Under the pieces are notes generated by a model that worked only from the letters and a program-made list of their open reading frames with translations, had not been told where the DNA came from and ran no database searches. Below are positions 1 to 10,310 of a DNA stretch of 64,000 bases, in pieces. How positions within the stretch are numbered: the stretch's first letter is position 1; each line of letters starts with the position of its first letter. Made by a program: the position numbers and the translations under genes. Source of the DNA: an uncultured delta proteobacterium (GTDB lineage: Bacteria > Myxococcota_A > Polyangia > Fen-1088); NCBI GenBank assembly GCA_963737265.1, contig CAVTRY010000023.1:160001-224000 (forward strand), in the 5' to 3' direction.

Positions 1-135
1 GGCCGGATGGATCCACAGGCCGATGTCCCTTTGGAAAAGCACCCGGCCGGCAAAGAGTGGCAGGTACACGGCGCCGACGAGAACGGCGAGGATCGGAAAG
101 GGCGCGAGTCGTCTTGCCCACGAAGTCGTGACCAT
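1..135 (-). CDS. N-terminus of a membrane protein, possibly YfhO-like (runs off window)
   Basis: Manual translation from ATG at 135: MVTTSWARRLAPFPILAVLVGAVYLPLFAGRVLFQRDIGLWIHPA; hydrophobic segment followed by a GxxLFxRD motif; starts 6 bp after the kinase stop. Confidence 0.5.
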   Translation of the reverse strand, partial: MVTTSWARRLAPFPILAVLVGAVYLPLFAGRVLFQRDIGLWIHPA

Positions 136-141
136 GCGGGA

Positions 142-2448
142 TTACTTGCGCAGGGCTTCGCGGATCTTGCCTAGAAGATCTTCGGTGGCGTACGGCTTTT
201 GCACGAAGCCGGCCAGCCCCCTGCCGGCGAATCGATCGACGACGTCTTGTTCGTTGTAGCCCGAGCAGAGGATGACCTTGACGCCGGGTTTAAGCTGCCG
301 CAGCTCGCGGAAGCAAGCCTCGCCATCGAGGTGGGGCATGGTCAGGTCGAGAATGACGAGGTCGATGGTGTCCATTTCCTGTGCGAATTTCTCGACGGCC
401 TCGCGACCATCGGCCGCGACCAGGACCTCGAACCCGGCCCGTTGCAACATGCGACGGCCCAAGTGGCGGATGGTTTCCTCATCGTCGGCGAGCAGGATCT
501 TGCCGTTGGCGTGGTAGCCGCCGACGACTTCGGTCCTGGACCTGAGTTTGCGGGGGGAATTGGCGCTGGCGGGAAAGAGCAACTTGAAGGTCGTCCCTCG
601 CCTGGGCTCGCTGTAGACCTTGATGGCGCCTTTGTGGCCTCGCACGATGCCGAGGACCGCGGCCAGCCCCAAGCCGCGGCCGGTGAACTTCGTCGAGAAA
701 AAGGGATCGAAAACGCGATCGATGGTGGCCTTGTCCATGCCGTGGCCGGTATCCGCCACTTCGAGATAGACGAAGTCGCCGGCCTCGACTCCATCGGCCA
801 CGAAACAGCCTTTGAGGTAGGCCTCGTCGCAGTGGGCGAGCCCGGTGGTGAGCGAAATCACTCCGCTGCGATCGCCAATCGCCTCCGAGGCATTGACGAT
901 GAGGTTCATGATGACCTGGCGAAACTGCGTTGCGTCCGCGTCGACCGCCGGTAGCCCAGGTGAGAACTGGTACTTGAGCACGGCCTTCTTGCTGATGCTG
1001 ACCGACAGCAGATGTCCCATTTCCTCGACAAGCTCTTGCAGATCGATGGGCTCGATGGTGAAGCGACCACGGCCGCTGTAGGCGAGAAGTTGCCGGCACA
1101 AATCGGCGGCGCGCCGGGCAGCGGTTTCGATGCCTTCCAGGCTGGCGCGCGACGGGGCGAGCGGGGACATTTCGGTCTTGGCCAGGTCGGCGTTGCCCAA
1201 GATTCCGGTAAGAAGATTGTTGAAGTCGTGGGCGATGCCACCGGCGAGCACGCCCAGGCTCTCCAGCTTCTGGCTGTGAAGCATCTGCTGTTCCAGGTTG
1301 CGCTGCTCGGTCACATCGCGGCCGACGGACAGAACCACGGTTTGACCGGCCAAATCCACGGTGCGCGAGGAAATCTGCATGATGCGAATCTGGCCATCGC
1401 GCCGGCGCATCCTGAATTCCATCGCGCTAATCGGGTCGCCCTGCCTCATCCGGTCGTACATGGCCGTGCGTCGGCCGGGATCGACCCAGATCGAAAAGGC
1501 TGACGTTTTTTCCCCGAGGAAGTCTTCGCGCTGATAACCGGCAGCCGAACAAAACGCATCGTTGCAGCCGATGATGGTACCGTCCAGCTCGGCCAAGGTC
1601 ACCGGGTCGGGAATGAGATCGAAGATACGGCGAAAGCGATCCTCGGAAGCCAGCAGCGCCTGCTCCTTGAGCATGCTGTCGGTCACGTCCTGGATCGTGC
1701 CCATCATGAAGATGGGTTTGCCGTCGCTGTCCTTCTCCAATTCGCCGAGCCCGTGCACCCAGCGGAGCGCGCCGTCGTTGGCCCGGATGATGCGATAGCG
1801 CCGGTCGAAGTTGCCGCCGGCCCCGATCACGTCCTTCATCAGATGGCGGTTCATGCCCTCGCGCTCATCGGGATGCACCAAGCCGAGCCAGCCCGCGATG
1901 TCACGCTTGAATTCGTCCCCGATCCCGAAGACTTCGCTGAGCGCCTCCGAGCTTGTCCAGGTGCCGGTCGCGACGCTGAAGCGGTAGGAGCCGATGTGGG
2001 CGACGCGTTGGGATTTTTGCAGGAACCACTCGCTGTCCCGCAGCGCCTTTTCGCTGCGTTTGCGTTCGGTGACGTCGAGGAGGATGGTGGCGAAGAGGCC
2101 AGCGCCAAAAGACGCCACGCTGACGTCGTAGTAGCGGTCGAAGGGCGCGAAATAGGTTTCGAAACGCAGCGCCTCGCCGCCGAGCGCGACTTTGGTAAAC
2201 TCATCCAGGTAGGGCGCGGTCGGCGTCCCGAATACCTCGGTCGCCAGCTTGCCCACGACATGGTCGCGGTCGACGCCGACGTAGCGATGAAATTGGGGAT
2301 TGACGTCCAGAATGCGATAGTTGGTGGGGTTGCCTGCGTCGTCGCAAATCAGCTCGTGTAGCGCGACCGCCTCGCCCATATGGAGGTAGAGCGAGCGAAA
2401 AAACTGTTGGCCGTCAAGGTTGCCGTTTCCATTGCTCGCGTCGACCAT
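142..2448 (-). CDS. PAS/PAC hybrid sensor histidine kinase with C-terminal receiver domain
   Basis: Three PAS-like segments, H-box LAGGIAHDFNNLL, N-box QVIMNLIVNASEA, G boxes DTGHGM/GRGLGL, receiver ILLADDE...LDLTMP...KPY; start could be 2448 or 2493. Confidence 0.93.
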   Translation of the reverse strand: MVDASNGNGNLDGQQFFRSLYLHMGEAVALHELICDDAGNPTNYRILDVNPQFHRYVGVDRDHVVGKLATEVFGTPTAPYLDEFTKVALGGEALRFETYFAPFDRYYDVSVASFGAGLFATILLDVTERKRSEKALRDSEWFLQKSQRVAHIGSYRFSVATGTWTSSEALSEVFGIGDEFKRDIAGWLGLVHPDEREGMNRHLMKDVIGAGGNFDRRYRIIRANDGALRWVHGLGELEKDSDGKPIFMMGTIQDVTDSMLKEQALLASEDRFRRIFDLIPDPVTLAELDGTIIGCNDAFCSAAGYQREDFLGEKTSAFSIWVDPGRRTAMYDRMRQGDPISAMEFRMRRRDGQIRIMQISSRTVDLAGQTVVLSVGRDVTEQRNLEQQMLHSQKLESLGVLAGGIAHDFNNLLTGILGNADLAKTEMSPLAPSRASLEGIETAARRAADLCRQLLAYSGRGRFTIEPIDLQELVEEMGHLLSVSISKKAVLKYQFSPGLPAVDADATQFRQVIMNLIVNASEAIGDRSGVISLTTGLAHCDEAYLKGCFVADGVEAGDFVYLEVADTGHGMDKATIDRVFDPFFSTKFTGRGLGLAAVLGIVRGHKGAIKVYSEPRRGTTFKLLFPASANSPRKLRSRTEVVGGYHANGKILLADDEETIRHLGRRMLQRAGFEVLVAADGREAVEKFAQEMDTIDLVILDLTMPHLDGEACFRELRQLKPGVKVILCSGYNEQDVVDRFAGRGLAGFVQKPYATEDLLGKIREALRK

Positions 2449-2588
2449 ACCTGCTCCCTCGGACCCGCCGTTCCCGCACGAGTGAAAAGCCATGGGCCCG
2501 ATGATCGATTGTATCAGGACTTTGGCACCCCTGTCGCGCCGATCGCAGTCCTCGGGTGCTTCCCTGAAATGGGGGCTGGGGCTTCACC

Positions 2589-4016
2589 CATAGGCATTAA
2601 CCCAAAAACTTGCGATTTCTCCAAGAACGCCCGCATATGCTCGGGATGGACAACATAGCGAAGGACAGCACCACGGGCGACTGGCCAATGATTGCGGCGC
2701 AGCTTCCATCCGGATGGGAGGATCTGGCGGTCGAGATGGGCGTGGTCTACACGAAGTTTCCGGCGCACATGGGCACGAAGGTGACCGAGGCGGCACATTT
2801 GCTGCAGCCGATTCTGTACCAGGTGGCGACGAACTCGTCGCTGGCCGTGACGGTGGCGATGGCGGCGGCGGCCGGGGTGATCAAGATGTCGGCAGTCGGG
2901 CTGCACAAGCGAATGAGAACCATTGGTCCCTACCTGGCGCGACTGGTGACGCTGATGACGGATGCCGAGGCTTCGTTCGCAGCGGAGCGATGGGCGGGCT
3001 ACGACGTGGTGATCGTGGACGGCTCTTCGGTGTCGCGGCCAGGAGCCGAGGGCACCACGGCTCGCGTTCACTATGCGCTGCGCTTGAGCACGTTGCGGCC
3101 TGTGCAAATCGAGGTCACGGATGACAAGGGCGGCGAGACGTTCAGAAACTTCGATGCCGAGGCGGGACAACTGTGGATGGGCGACCGCGGCTACTCGAAC
3201 CCGCCTGGCATAGCGGCGATCATGGCGGCGGATGCCGACGTACTGGTCCGATACAACCGTGGCTCGCTTCCTCTGTACGGCATGAACGGGCAGCTACTCG
3301 ACGTTCAGCGAATGCTGGCTCGCCTCAAGCATCCGGGGGTTGCACGCGAATGGTACGCAGAGGTCCATCCGCAGGGTGGCAAGGCGATCGCTGGCCGGCT
3401 GTGCGCGTTGCTCTTGCCGCCCGACAAAGCAGAGGAGGCTCGGCAGCGCGCGCGACGGGAACAAGGTCCGTCTGTGACTGAGGAAACCCTTGCGGCCGCG
3501 CAGTACGTGGTGGTGTTCACGACCGTACCGAGGTCGCGGCTGACCGCCGCCCTGGTCATGGAACTATACGGCCTCCGCTGGCAAATCGAGCTTCACATCA
3601 AGCGGGACAAATCCATCGCAGGGCTCGACCGACTGCCCAACTTTCGCAACGACACTGTCTATTCCTGGATTTGCGCCAAGATGCTGCTTACCCAGATCGC
3701 CCGCAAACTTGCTACACCCAACGTGGCTATTCCCCCCTGTGGAGAACTCGACTGGTTCGGCATCCGACGAGCCGCAGAAAGGCGTCAGGGCCGGACTCAG
3801 GCGATCAAAGCACCGGGTCGTAGCCGAGCCATGGCGTCTCATGACCGTCCTCTGGCAAACCGTATGCGCGGCGCTCACGCCGATCAGCGCCAGTCGGTTT
3901 CCCGATTTCTTGCAGGCATTCCTTGACCACCTTCAACTCCAAGTCCCGCGCAAGCGTCTACGCAGCGCCGTTAAGTTCCAGCAACATCTTGCGGAGGAAT
4001 TGGGTTAATGCCTATG
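2589..4016 (+). mobile_element. IS4-family insertion sequence, complete
   Basis: Perfect 17-bp terminal IRs CATAGGCATTAACCCAA (2589-2605 / 4000-4016); 11-bp direct target duplication GGGGCTTCACC at 2578-2588 and 4017-4027. Confidence 0.93.
2646..3926 (+). CDS. IS4-family DDE transposase
   Basis: VIVDGS, MGDRGY and the YGLRWQIELHIK (YREK) signature; the true C-terminus may continue in the +1 frame to 4008. Confidence 0.9.
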   Translation: MDNIAKDSTTGDWPMIAAQLPSGWEDLAVEMGVVYTKFPAHMGTKVTEAAHLLQPILYQVATNSSLAVTVAMAAAAGVIKMSAVGLHKRMRTIGPYLARLVTLMTDAEASFAAERWAGYDVVIVDGSSVSRPGAEGTTARVHYALRLSTLRPVQIEVTDDKGGETFRNFDAEAGQLWMGDRGYSNPPGIAAIMAADADVLVRYNRGSLPLYGMNGQLLDVQRMLARLKHPGVAREWYAEVHPQGGKAIAGRLCALLLPPDKAEEARQRARREQGPSVTEETLAAAQYVVVFTTVPRSRLTAALVMELYGLRWQIELHIKRDKSIAGLDRLPNFRNDTVYSWICAKMLLTQIARKLATPNVAIPPCGELDWFGIRRAAERRQGRTQAIKAPGRSRAMASHDRPLANRMRGAHADQRQSVSRFLAGIP

Positions 4017-4489
4017 GGGGCTTCACCTCGCCCCGCGCAGGTGGGATCGGAGGGAAAAACAGGGAGGAACGGAGGACCAGAGGGATCACGGGTTGGGTTG
4101 ACGAGGCGGCGGAGACCCTCGCGAAGTACGGGGACGTGGAAATTGACGAGCAGGCCCACCGGCAGTCGTAGGAGCTTGAGATAGGTAATGACCTGTGCCA
4201 AGTGGACAGGAAGCAACTGCTCCACCGCCTTGACTTCGACGACCAAACGGCCTTCCACCATGAGGTCGAGGCGATAGCCGCAGTCGAGGTCAATGCCTTT
4301 GTACTGCAGAGAAATCGCGACCTGACGTTGCGTGCGAAATCCACGCAGGCCTAGCTCGCGCGCCAGGCAGTGCTCGTAGGCCGACTCAAGCAGCCCGGGA
4401 CCGAGGTGACGGTGGACTTCGATGCAGGCGGCGATAATTTGCCCAGTAAAGTCATCCTGTCTCTGTTTCTCCGTTCCTCGCTGTTCCAT
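3971..4489 (-). CDS. GxxExxY protein (PD-(D/E)xK nuclease-like fold); 3' tail interrupted by IS4
   Basis: VHRHLGPGLLESAYE, YRLDLMVE, VVEVKAVE, QVITYLK, GLLVNF; the last ~15 codons read into the IS end. Confidence 0.92.
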   Translation of the reverse strand: MEQRGTEKQRQDDFTGQIIAACIEVHRHLGPGLLESAYEHCLARELGLRGFRTQRQVAISLQYKGIDLDCGYRLDLMVEGRLVVEVKAVEQLLPVHLAQVITYLKLLRLPVGLLVNFHVPVLREGLRRLVNPTRDPSGPPFLPVFPSDPTCAGRGEAPIGINPIPPQDVAGT

Positions 4490-4605
4490 ATCTGCGTTTT
4501 CGGCGGCACTCCGCCAGAAGTTGCTACCTCACCGAGCCCCCGGCTGGTGCCCCCGTTTCAGGGAAGCACCCGCAGCCCCCTAATTCCGCGACAGCCTCAA
4601 AGGTC

Positions 4606-4770
4606 GTGGCCGTAGACGTGGCCGTGGCCGTGGCCGTGGCCGTGGCGATCACCGTCGGCCCTCCCTCCGGGAGCTTCGGGACCTGCCCTCCCAACGCCAC
4701 CACCCGCTCGCTACGCTCGCGCCTTCGACGGTCACACGGCCACGACCAGGACCACGTCCACGACCACCAC
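4606..4770. repeat. Imperfect inverted low-complexity hexamer repeats, (GTGGCC)n ... (CACGAC/GGCCAC)n
   Basis: Arms at ~4606-4646 and ~4735-4770 are roughly complementary; lies just downstream of the hydA stop. Confidence 0.6.
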
Positions 4771-4843
4771 TCATCGCTCCCATTGGGTGTGTGGCTCAAT
4801 GGAATTCCGCGACGTTGGTGCGCTCGTCGCGGGATTACGGGGG

Positions 4844-6587
4844 CTAGAATCCGCGCAGTTGTCTGGCAGCGTAACGAGTGTGCAGGAGATGATGCGCCTT
4901 CTCGCCGCACGGCTCGCCCAGAAACTCGCTGTAGATGGTGCGCACGGCCGGGTTCTTGTGCGACTCGCGCAGCGGCATGCCGCGATCTTCGGCATAGATC
5001 GCTTCAATCCGACGCCGGCGCGTTTCTTCGTCGGTGGGAAAGGGCTGACCGCCGCCGCCGATGCAACCACCCGGGCAGGCCATGACTTCGAGGAAGTGAA
5101 CTTCCTCGCGGCCCGACTTGATTTCGTCGAGGATTTTGCGCGCGTTGGCCAGGCCGTGGACGGCGGCCAGGCGTATTTCGCGGTCGCCAATCAGCACCGA
5201 GCCGCGCTTAATGCCGCCGGTGCCGCGCAACACGGAGTATTCCATGCGGGCTTCGGTCTTGGGCTCGAGCACCTCGGCCACCGTGCGCAGCGCTGCCTCC
5301 ATCATGCCGCCGGTCACGCCGAACATCAGGCCGGCGCCGGTGGCATCGCCCAAGATCGGATCGAAAGACGAATCGGGCAGGCTGGCCATGTCGATATCGT
5401 GCATCTTCAAAAGGTCGCCAAACTCGCGCGTGGTCAGCACGGCGTCGACTTCGAAAATGCCGTCGTCCATGCGGTGTTCGGGACGCTGGCGTTCGAACTT
5501 CTTCGCCGAGCACGGCATGATGGACACGTTGAACAGCTTCTTCTTTTCGATGCCCTTGCGTTCGGCGAAGAAGGTCTTGGTCAGAGCGCCGACGATCTGC
5601 TGCGGCGACTTGGTCGACGACATGTTGGGAATGAACTCCGGGTAGAAGTGTTCCATGAACTTCACCCAGCCCGGCGAGCAGCTGGTAATCAGGGGGAACG
5701 GACCGCCCGACTTGAGCCGGCCAATCAGCTCGTAGCCTTCTTCCATCACCGCCATGTCGGCGCCGAGATCGGTGTCGAAGACATAGTCGAAGCCGATGCG
5801 ACGAAGCGCGGTGGGAAGCTTGCGCGTAAGCGAAACGCCCGGTGCCAGGCCGAAGACTTCGCCGATGGTCACGCGAATGGACGGTGCGATTTGCACCGTG
5901 ACGATGGTGTTGGGATCCTCCATCGCATCCGCGACGACCTTGATGTAGCTACGGTCGCGAATCGCGGCCACCGGACATTTGAGCAAGCATTGCCCGCACA
6001 GCACGCACACGGTGTCGACAAGATCGCGGTTGAAGGCCGGCAGTACCGTGGTCGAGAAACCGCGCTTGACGAAGTCGAGCGCGTAGACGCCTTGAACTTC
6101 GCGGCACACGCTTCACGCACTTGCCGCACAGAATGCAGTAGTCCGGGTGGCGCGTGATGGCCACCGACGAATCGTCGACATCGTGGTGACGCTTCTCGCC
6201 CTCGTAGCGGATCTCGCCGATGGAGTATTCGCGGCACAGCGATTGCAGTTCGCAGCGGCCGTTGCGAACGCAGGTTTGGCACTTGCGCGGGTGATTGGCG
6301 AGAATCATCTCGATGATGGTTCGGCGGGCGTCGCGCAGCTCGCGCGTGTTGGTTCGCACCGCCATGCCTTCCTGGGCCGGGTACGAGCACGCGGGCTCGA
6401 GGCGCGTCGAGCCGCCCGAACCGGCCACCTCGACCACGCAGATGCGACACGCACCCGCAGTGCTCAACTGCTTATCATAGCAAAGGGTTGGTATGCGTAC
6501 GCTGGCCGATTGGGCGGCCTGAAGCAGGGTCGATCCGCGCGGTACGCTGACCGGGAGACCGTTGATGGTTAGATTGACGTCGCTCAT
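4844..6587 (-). CDS. hydA: [FeFe]-hydrogenase catalytic subunit, NAD-linked/bifurcating type (one apparent frameshift at ~6110)
   Basis: H-cluster motifs TSCSPGW, MPCSAKKFE, EVMACPGGCIGGGGQP; N-terminal 2Fe-2S (IPTLC, GACRIC), His-ligated HPRKCQTC cluster and two CxxCxxC ferredoxin motifs; removing one base joins ORFs 5949-6587 and 4844-6109 as CILCGKCVKVCRE. Confidence 0.93.
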
Positions 6588-6605
6588 GGGCTTTCTCGAT
6601 TCCTT

Positions 6606-9087
6606 TTAGGTGCGCGCGACCGCGCCGAACGGACACACACGGTTGCATTCGCCGCACTTGATGCAGCGGCTGTTGTCGATGACGTAGAGCTCACCTTTGC
6701 TGCCGCTGATACACGGCACCGGGCACTTGCGCTCGCACAAGCCGCAGCCGCGGCAATTGGCCAGAATGTGATAGGTCAAAAGCGACTTGCACACGCCAGC
6801 CATGCAGCGATTGTTCACGATGTGCGAGACGTACTCGTGCTCGAAGTAGCGCAGGGTCGACACCACCGGATTGGGCGCCGATTGTCCGAGGCCGCAGGCC
6901 GAGGTGCGCGAAATGATGGCGGCGAGGTGGCGCAGCTCGTTCATGTCCTCCGGCTTGCCCTTGCCGTCGGTGATGCGTTCGAGGATTTCCAGCATGCGCT
7001 TGGTGCCTTCGCGGCACGGGATGCACTTGCCGCAGGACTCATGCTGGGTGAAGCTGAGGAAGAACTTGGCAAAGTTCACCATGCACGTGCCCGAATCGGT
7101 GACCACGAGGCCGCCGGAGCCCATCATGCTGCCGAGCTTCTTCAAGTTTTCGTAGTCGACCGGAGTGGCCATCTGCTCGGCCGGGATGCAACCGCCCGAG
7201 GGTCCGCCCGACTGCGCTGCCTTGATGGCGGACCCGGCCGAGGCGCCGCCGCCGATGTCGTGGATGATTTCCTTGAGGCTGATGCCCATCGGCACTTCGA
7301 CGAGCCCGGTGTTTCTGACCTTGCCCGACAGCGAGAAGATCTTGGTGCCGCCGCTCTTCTCCGTGCCCACCTCGCGGAACCACGCCGCGCCCTTGCCGAT
7401 GATGAGCGGTACGTTGGCGAAGGTCTCGACGTTGTTCACGTTGGTCGGGTGTCCGGCAAAACCGGACGCCGCCGGGAAGGGCGGCTTGTTGCGCGCCATT
7501 CCGCGCTTGCCCTCGATGCTGGAGATCATGGCCGTCTCTTCGCCGCACACGAAGGCGCCGGCGCCCTGCACGATCTCGATGCGCAGGCTGTGGCCGGTGC
7601 CGAGGATGTTGGGGCCGACAAGGCCGTAGGTGCGCGCCTGGGCCATGGCGATCTGCAGGCGACGAATGGCCAGCGGATACTCGGCCCGGCAATAGATGAA
7701 GGCGTGAGCCGCGCCGATGGCGTAAGCGCCGATCAGCATGCCTTCGAGCACACGGTGGGGATCGCCTTCGAGCACGCTGCGATCCATGAAGGCGCCGGGA
7801 TCGCCCTCGTCGGCGTTGCACACGAGGTAGCGCTTGGGGTCGGGTTGCGCGCGGGTGATTTCCCATTTCTTGCCAGTGGGGAAACCGCCACCGCCGCGCC
7901 CGCGCAGATTGGCGGCGCTGATCTCGGCGATGACTTTTTCGGCCGTCATTTCCTTGAGCGCCTTGTAGAGCGCCATGTACCCGCCACGCGCGATGTATTC
8001 GTCGATGTTTTCGGGATCGATCTTGCCGGTGTTGGAAAGCACGCGGCGCACTTGCTTCTGGTAAAATGGAATCTGCGCTTCGGTGACCTGGCCCGGCGCA
8101 TAGAGCAGGCGCTCGACGATCTTGCCGCCCACGATGTGCTTGTCGATGATCTCGCCGACGTCCTCGGGCTTGACCCGGCAATAGAAGGCTTCAAGCGGGC
8201 CCATCTGCACGATGGGCCCCACTTCGCACAGACCCCTGGCAGCCGGTCTCGATGAACTCGACCTTGCCGGTAAGGCCGCGCTTGTCGAGCTCGGCCAAGA
8301 ACGTCTTGTAGATGGCGGGCTCGCTGCCGGCGTCGCAGGTCAGGCCCTTGCACAGGTAGGCCTGGGCGAGAACATCCGGTCGTTTGTGTTCGACAAGCTG
8401 ATGGAGCTCGTCGCGGAACTTAGCGCAGTCGGGATCGTCGTGGCAGGCGATGCCTTCGATGCGACAAAGTAAAAAATTCGGGCACGGCGTTCCGGGGCGC
8501 GTCTGGCACTTGTCGCAGCAGCGGTCGAGAAAGGTACGGCCGCGCAGCTTGGGCGCTTCAGGCGCGGGCGTGTGGATGGCGCGAATGCCGTGGCTGGGCG
8601 CTTGCAACAACTTGTGGGCCAGCTTGGCGACGCCCTTCTGGGTCATGCGACCGTGTACTTCACCGTCGACGACGATGGCGGGCGCCACGCCGCACGCGCC
8701 CACGCAGTTCACCTTTTCGAGCGTCACCTTACCGTCGGGCGTGGTGTCGCCGGCGTGAATGCCGAGCACGGCGACGAGCTCGCCCAGCAGGTCTTCGGAG
8801 CCCTTCACGTTGCAAGCCGTCCCGTTGCAGACTTGGATGACGTGCTCGCCCTGAGGCTTGAGGCGAAACTGCGAATAGAACGTGGCCACGCCGTAGACGC
8901 GTGCCTCGGAGATGCGCATGGCGTCGGCAACATAGTCGAGCGCGTCGGTGCGCAGATAGCCGTACATTTCCTGCGTCTTCTGCAGCACCGCGATGAGATT
9001 GCGCGGCTGCAAATCCGGCCACGCGGCGATGAGCTCGCGCAGCGGGGTCAGCTCGGCGGTGGTGGGGGCTAGTACGTCCTGGTTCAT
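6606..9087 (-). CDS. hydB: NuoE-like (HydC) plus NuoF-like (HydB) NADH-binding subunit, apparently one fused gene (frameshift at ~8234)
   Basis: VCNGTAC and CVGAC (NuoE 2Fe-2S), Cys-rich linker, thioredoxin-like 2Fe-2S, LRGRGGGGFPTG, CNADEGDPGAFMD, GAGAFVCGEET, ESCGKCIPCREG, C-terminal 2x[4Fe-4S]; removing one G restores ETGCQGLCEVGP. Confidence 0.88.
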
Positions 9088-9149
9088 GGGTTCCTTCTCG
9101 TCTGAAACCGGCGCACTTTCCGCCGGACAGGGATAGCGTAGCAGATAGG

Positions 9150-9167
9150 TTGTGAAAAAAATAACGA
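9150..9167. promoter_or_regulatory. Rex-like operator upstream of the hydrogenase genes
   Basis: TTGTGAAAAAAATAACGA versus consensus TTGTGAANNNNTTCACAA; one half perfect; AT-rich patch ~60 bp upstream of the start at 9087. Confidence 0.55.
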
Positions 9168-9299
9168 CGCCGCGACTTTTCTTGAAAAATCGCGCTGCGC
9201 ACTTCGGCAAATAGGACTCTGAATGCGCCTATCCCTATCGTCATGGCGACGCGATGGCCTTAGCGGAAAGGCCAACCAGGCTCCACTGACCCGCATTTC

Positions 9300-9731
9300 G
9301 CCGGTCCGCCACCGCTCGCGCCGAGTGCCCGCTGCCGTAGCAGAGTGAGCTCGTACTTGGACAGGGTTCCCTTCAGCCCCAGCAGCAAGCGATCATTGCC
9401 GACGCGAGGATCGTAGGCCCCTTCGGGGTCGACGGTGACGGCCTCACCACCGCACACATGTCGAGCAGCGTGTGCCACTCACGACCGCTGCGCGCGAGCC
9501 GCGACGCCTCCAGGTAGAAGATGGCCCCACCTCGCGCGTGGTGAGGTCGGCGAATAGCCGCTCGAATCCTGGTCGCACGGTGTGGCCTGCACCGGATCGG
9601 CCGAGATCGTCGTCGATGATCTCGACAGAGGCAAAGCCCATCCCGCGCGCCATCTCGGCGAGCCCATACTGACGCCTCTGGCTTTCGAAGTTGTCCTGAA
9701 CCTGGTGTGGCGCGGATTGCCGAACATACAA
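9300..9731 (-). pseudogene. Large serine recombinase, degraded N-terminal fragment
   Basis: YVRQS...ESQRRQYGL...IDDDLGRSG...RPGFERL, EASRLARS...WHTLLDMC and YDPRVGNDRLLLGLKGTLSKYEL spread over three frames. Confidence 0.85.
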
Positions 9732-9734
9732 AAC

Positions 9735-10150
9735 GGAATCGCACCGGGCAGGCGCAGCTCTTCTTCCGACGTGAGCATGCGCCCGAGGCCACGTCGACCG
9801 GGTGGCCGGTGAAGTGGCAGGTCAGGGCGTTGAAGAAATTGGCCGCGCGCCCCTTGCCCAGCACCTTGCCGATGATGCTGTGGAGGGCCCTGGCCAGGGG
9901 CCCGTTCAGCTTCATGAAGAAGGCGCGCGCGCAGTTCTCGATGGGCGGCAGCGGAATGCCGCCGATGAGCACCGTGGGGCTGCCCATCAAGATCGCGCCG
10001 ATACACGGGGGCGTGCCCGGATCTTTTCCCATCAGGGCGGCGACGGCCATCTTGGCGGTATCGACGGCGGTCTGCGCCGCGGCCATGCCGGCGGCCAGGG
10101 GATTGGGTGCCGCGGCCGCTCCGACGAGACCCATGACGGCGCCAGTCCTT
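9735..10150 (-). pseudogene. PAAR/RHS toxin N-terminal fragment (DUF6531-like)
   Basis: GAILMGSPTVLIGGIPLP and HFTGHPVDVASG, then RMLTSEEELRLPGAIPF in another frame; truncated at the recombinase fragment. Confidence 0.7.
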
Positions 10151-10310
10151 TCGTTCTCGGGGCATGCCGGGGCAGCAGCGCTCAACGCCACGAGCAGCAG
10201 GATCGAGGTTGTCGCCACAGGCACGGCGAGATGCTAGTTCAGAACGCGGAGGTTGTCCGGGGTCAGGTCAGCGGGGGCAACTTTGTGCCTTCCCTTGCCG
10301 ATAGTCCGGT

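Larger units (their letters stand above)
2553..4572. mobile_element. Inverted-repeat-bounded cassette carrying the GxxExxY gene (secondarily hit by IS4)
   Basis: CGGGTGCTTCCCTGAAATGGGGGC (2553-2576) is the reverse complement of GCCCCCGTTTCAGGGAAGCACCCG (4549-4572) at 23/24 positions; no TSD seen. Confidence 0.55.
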
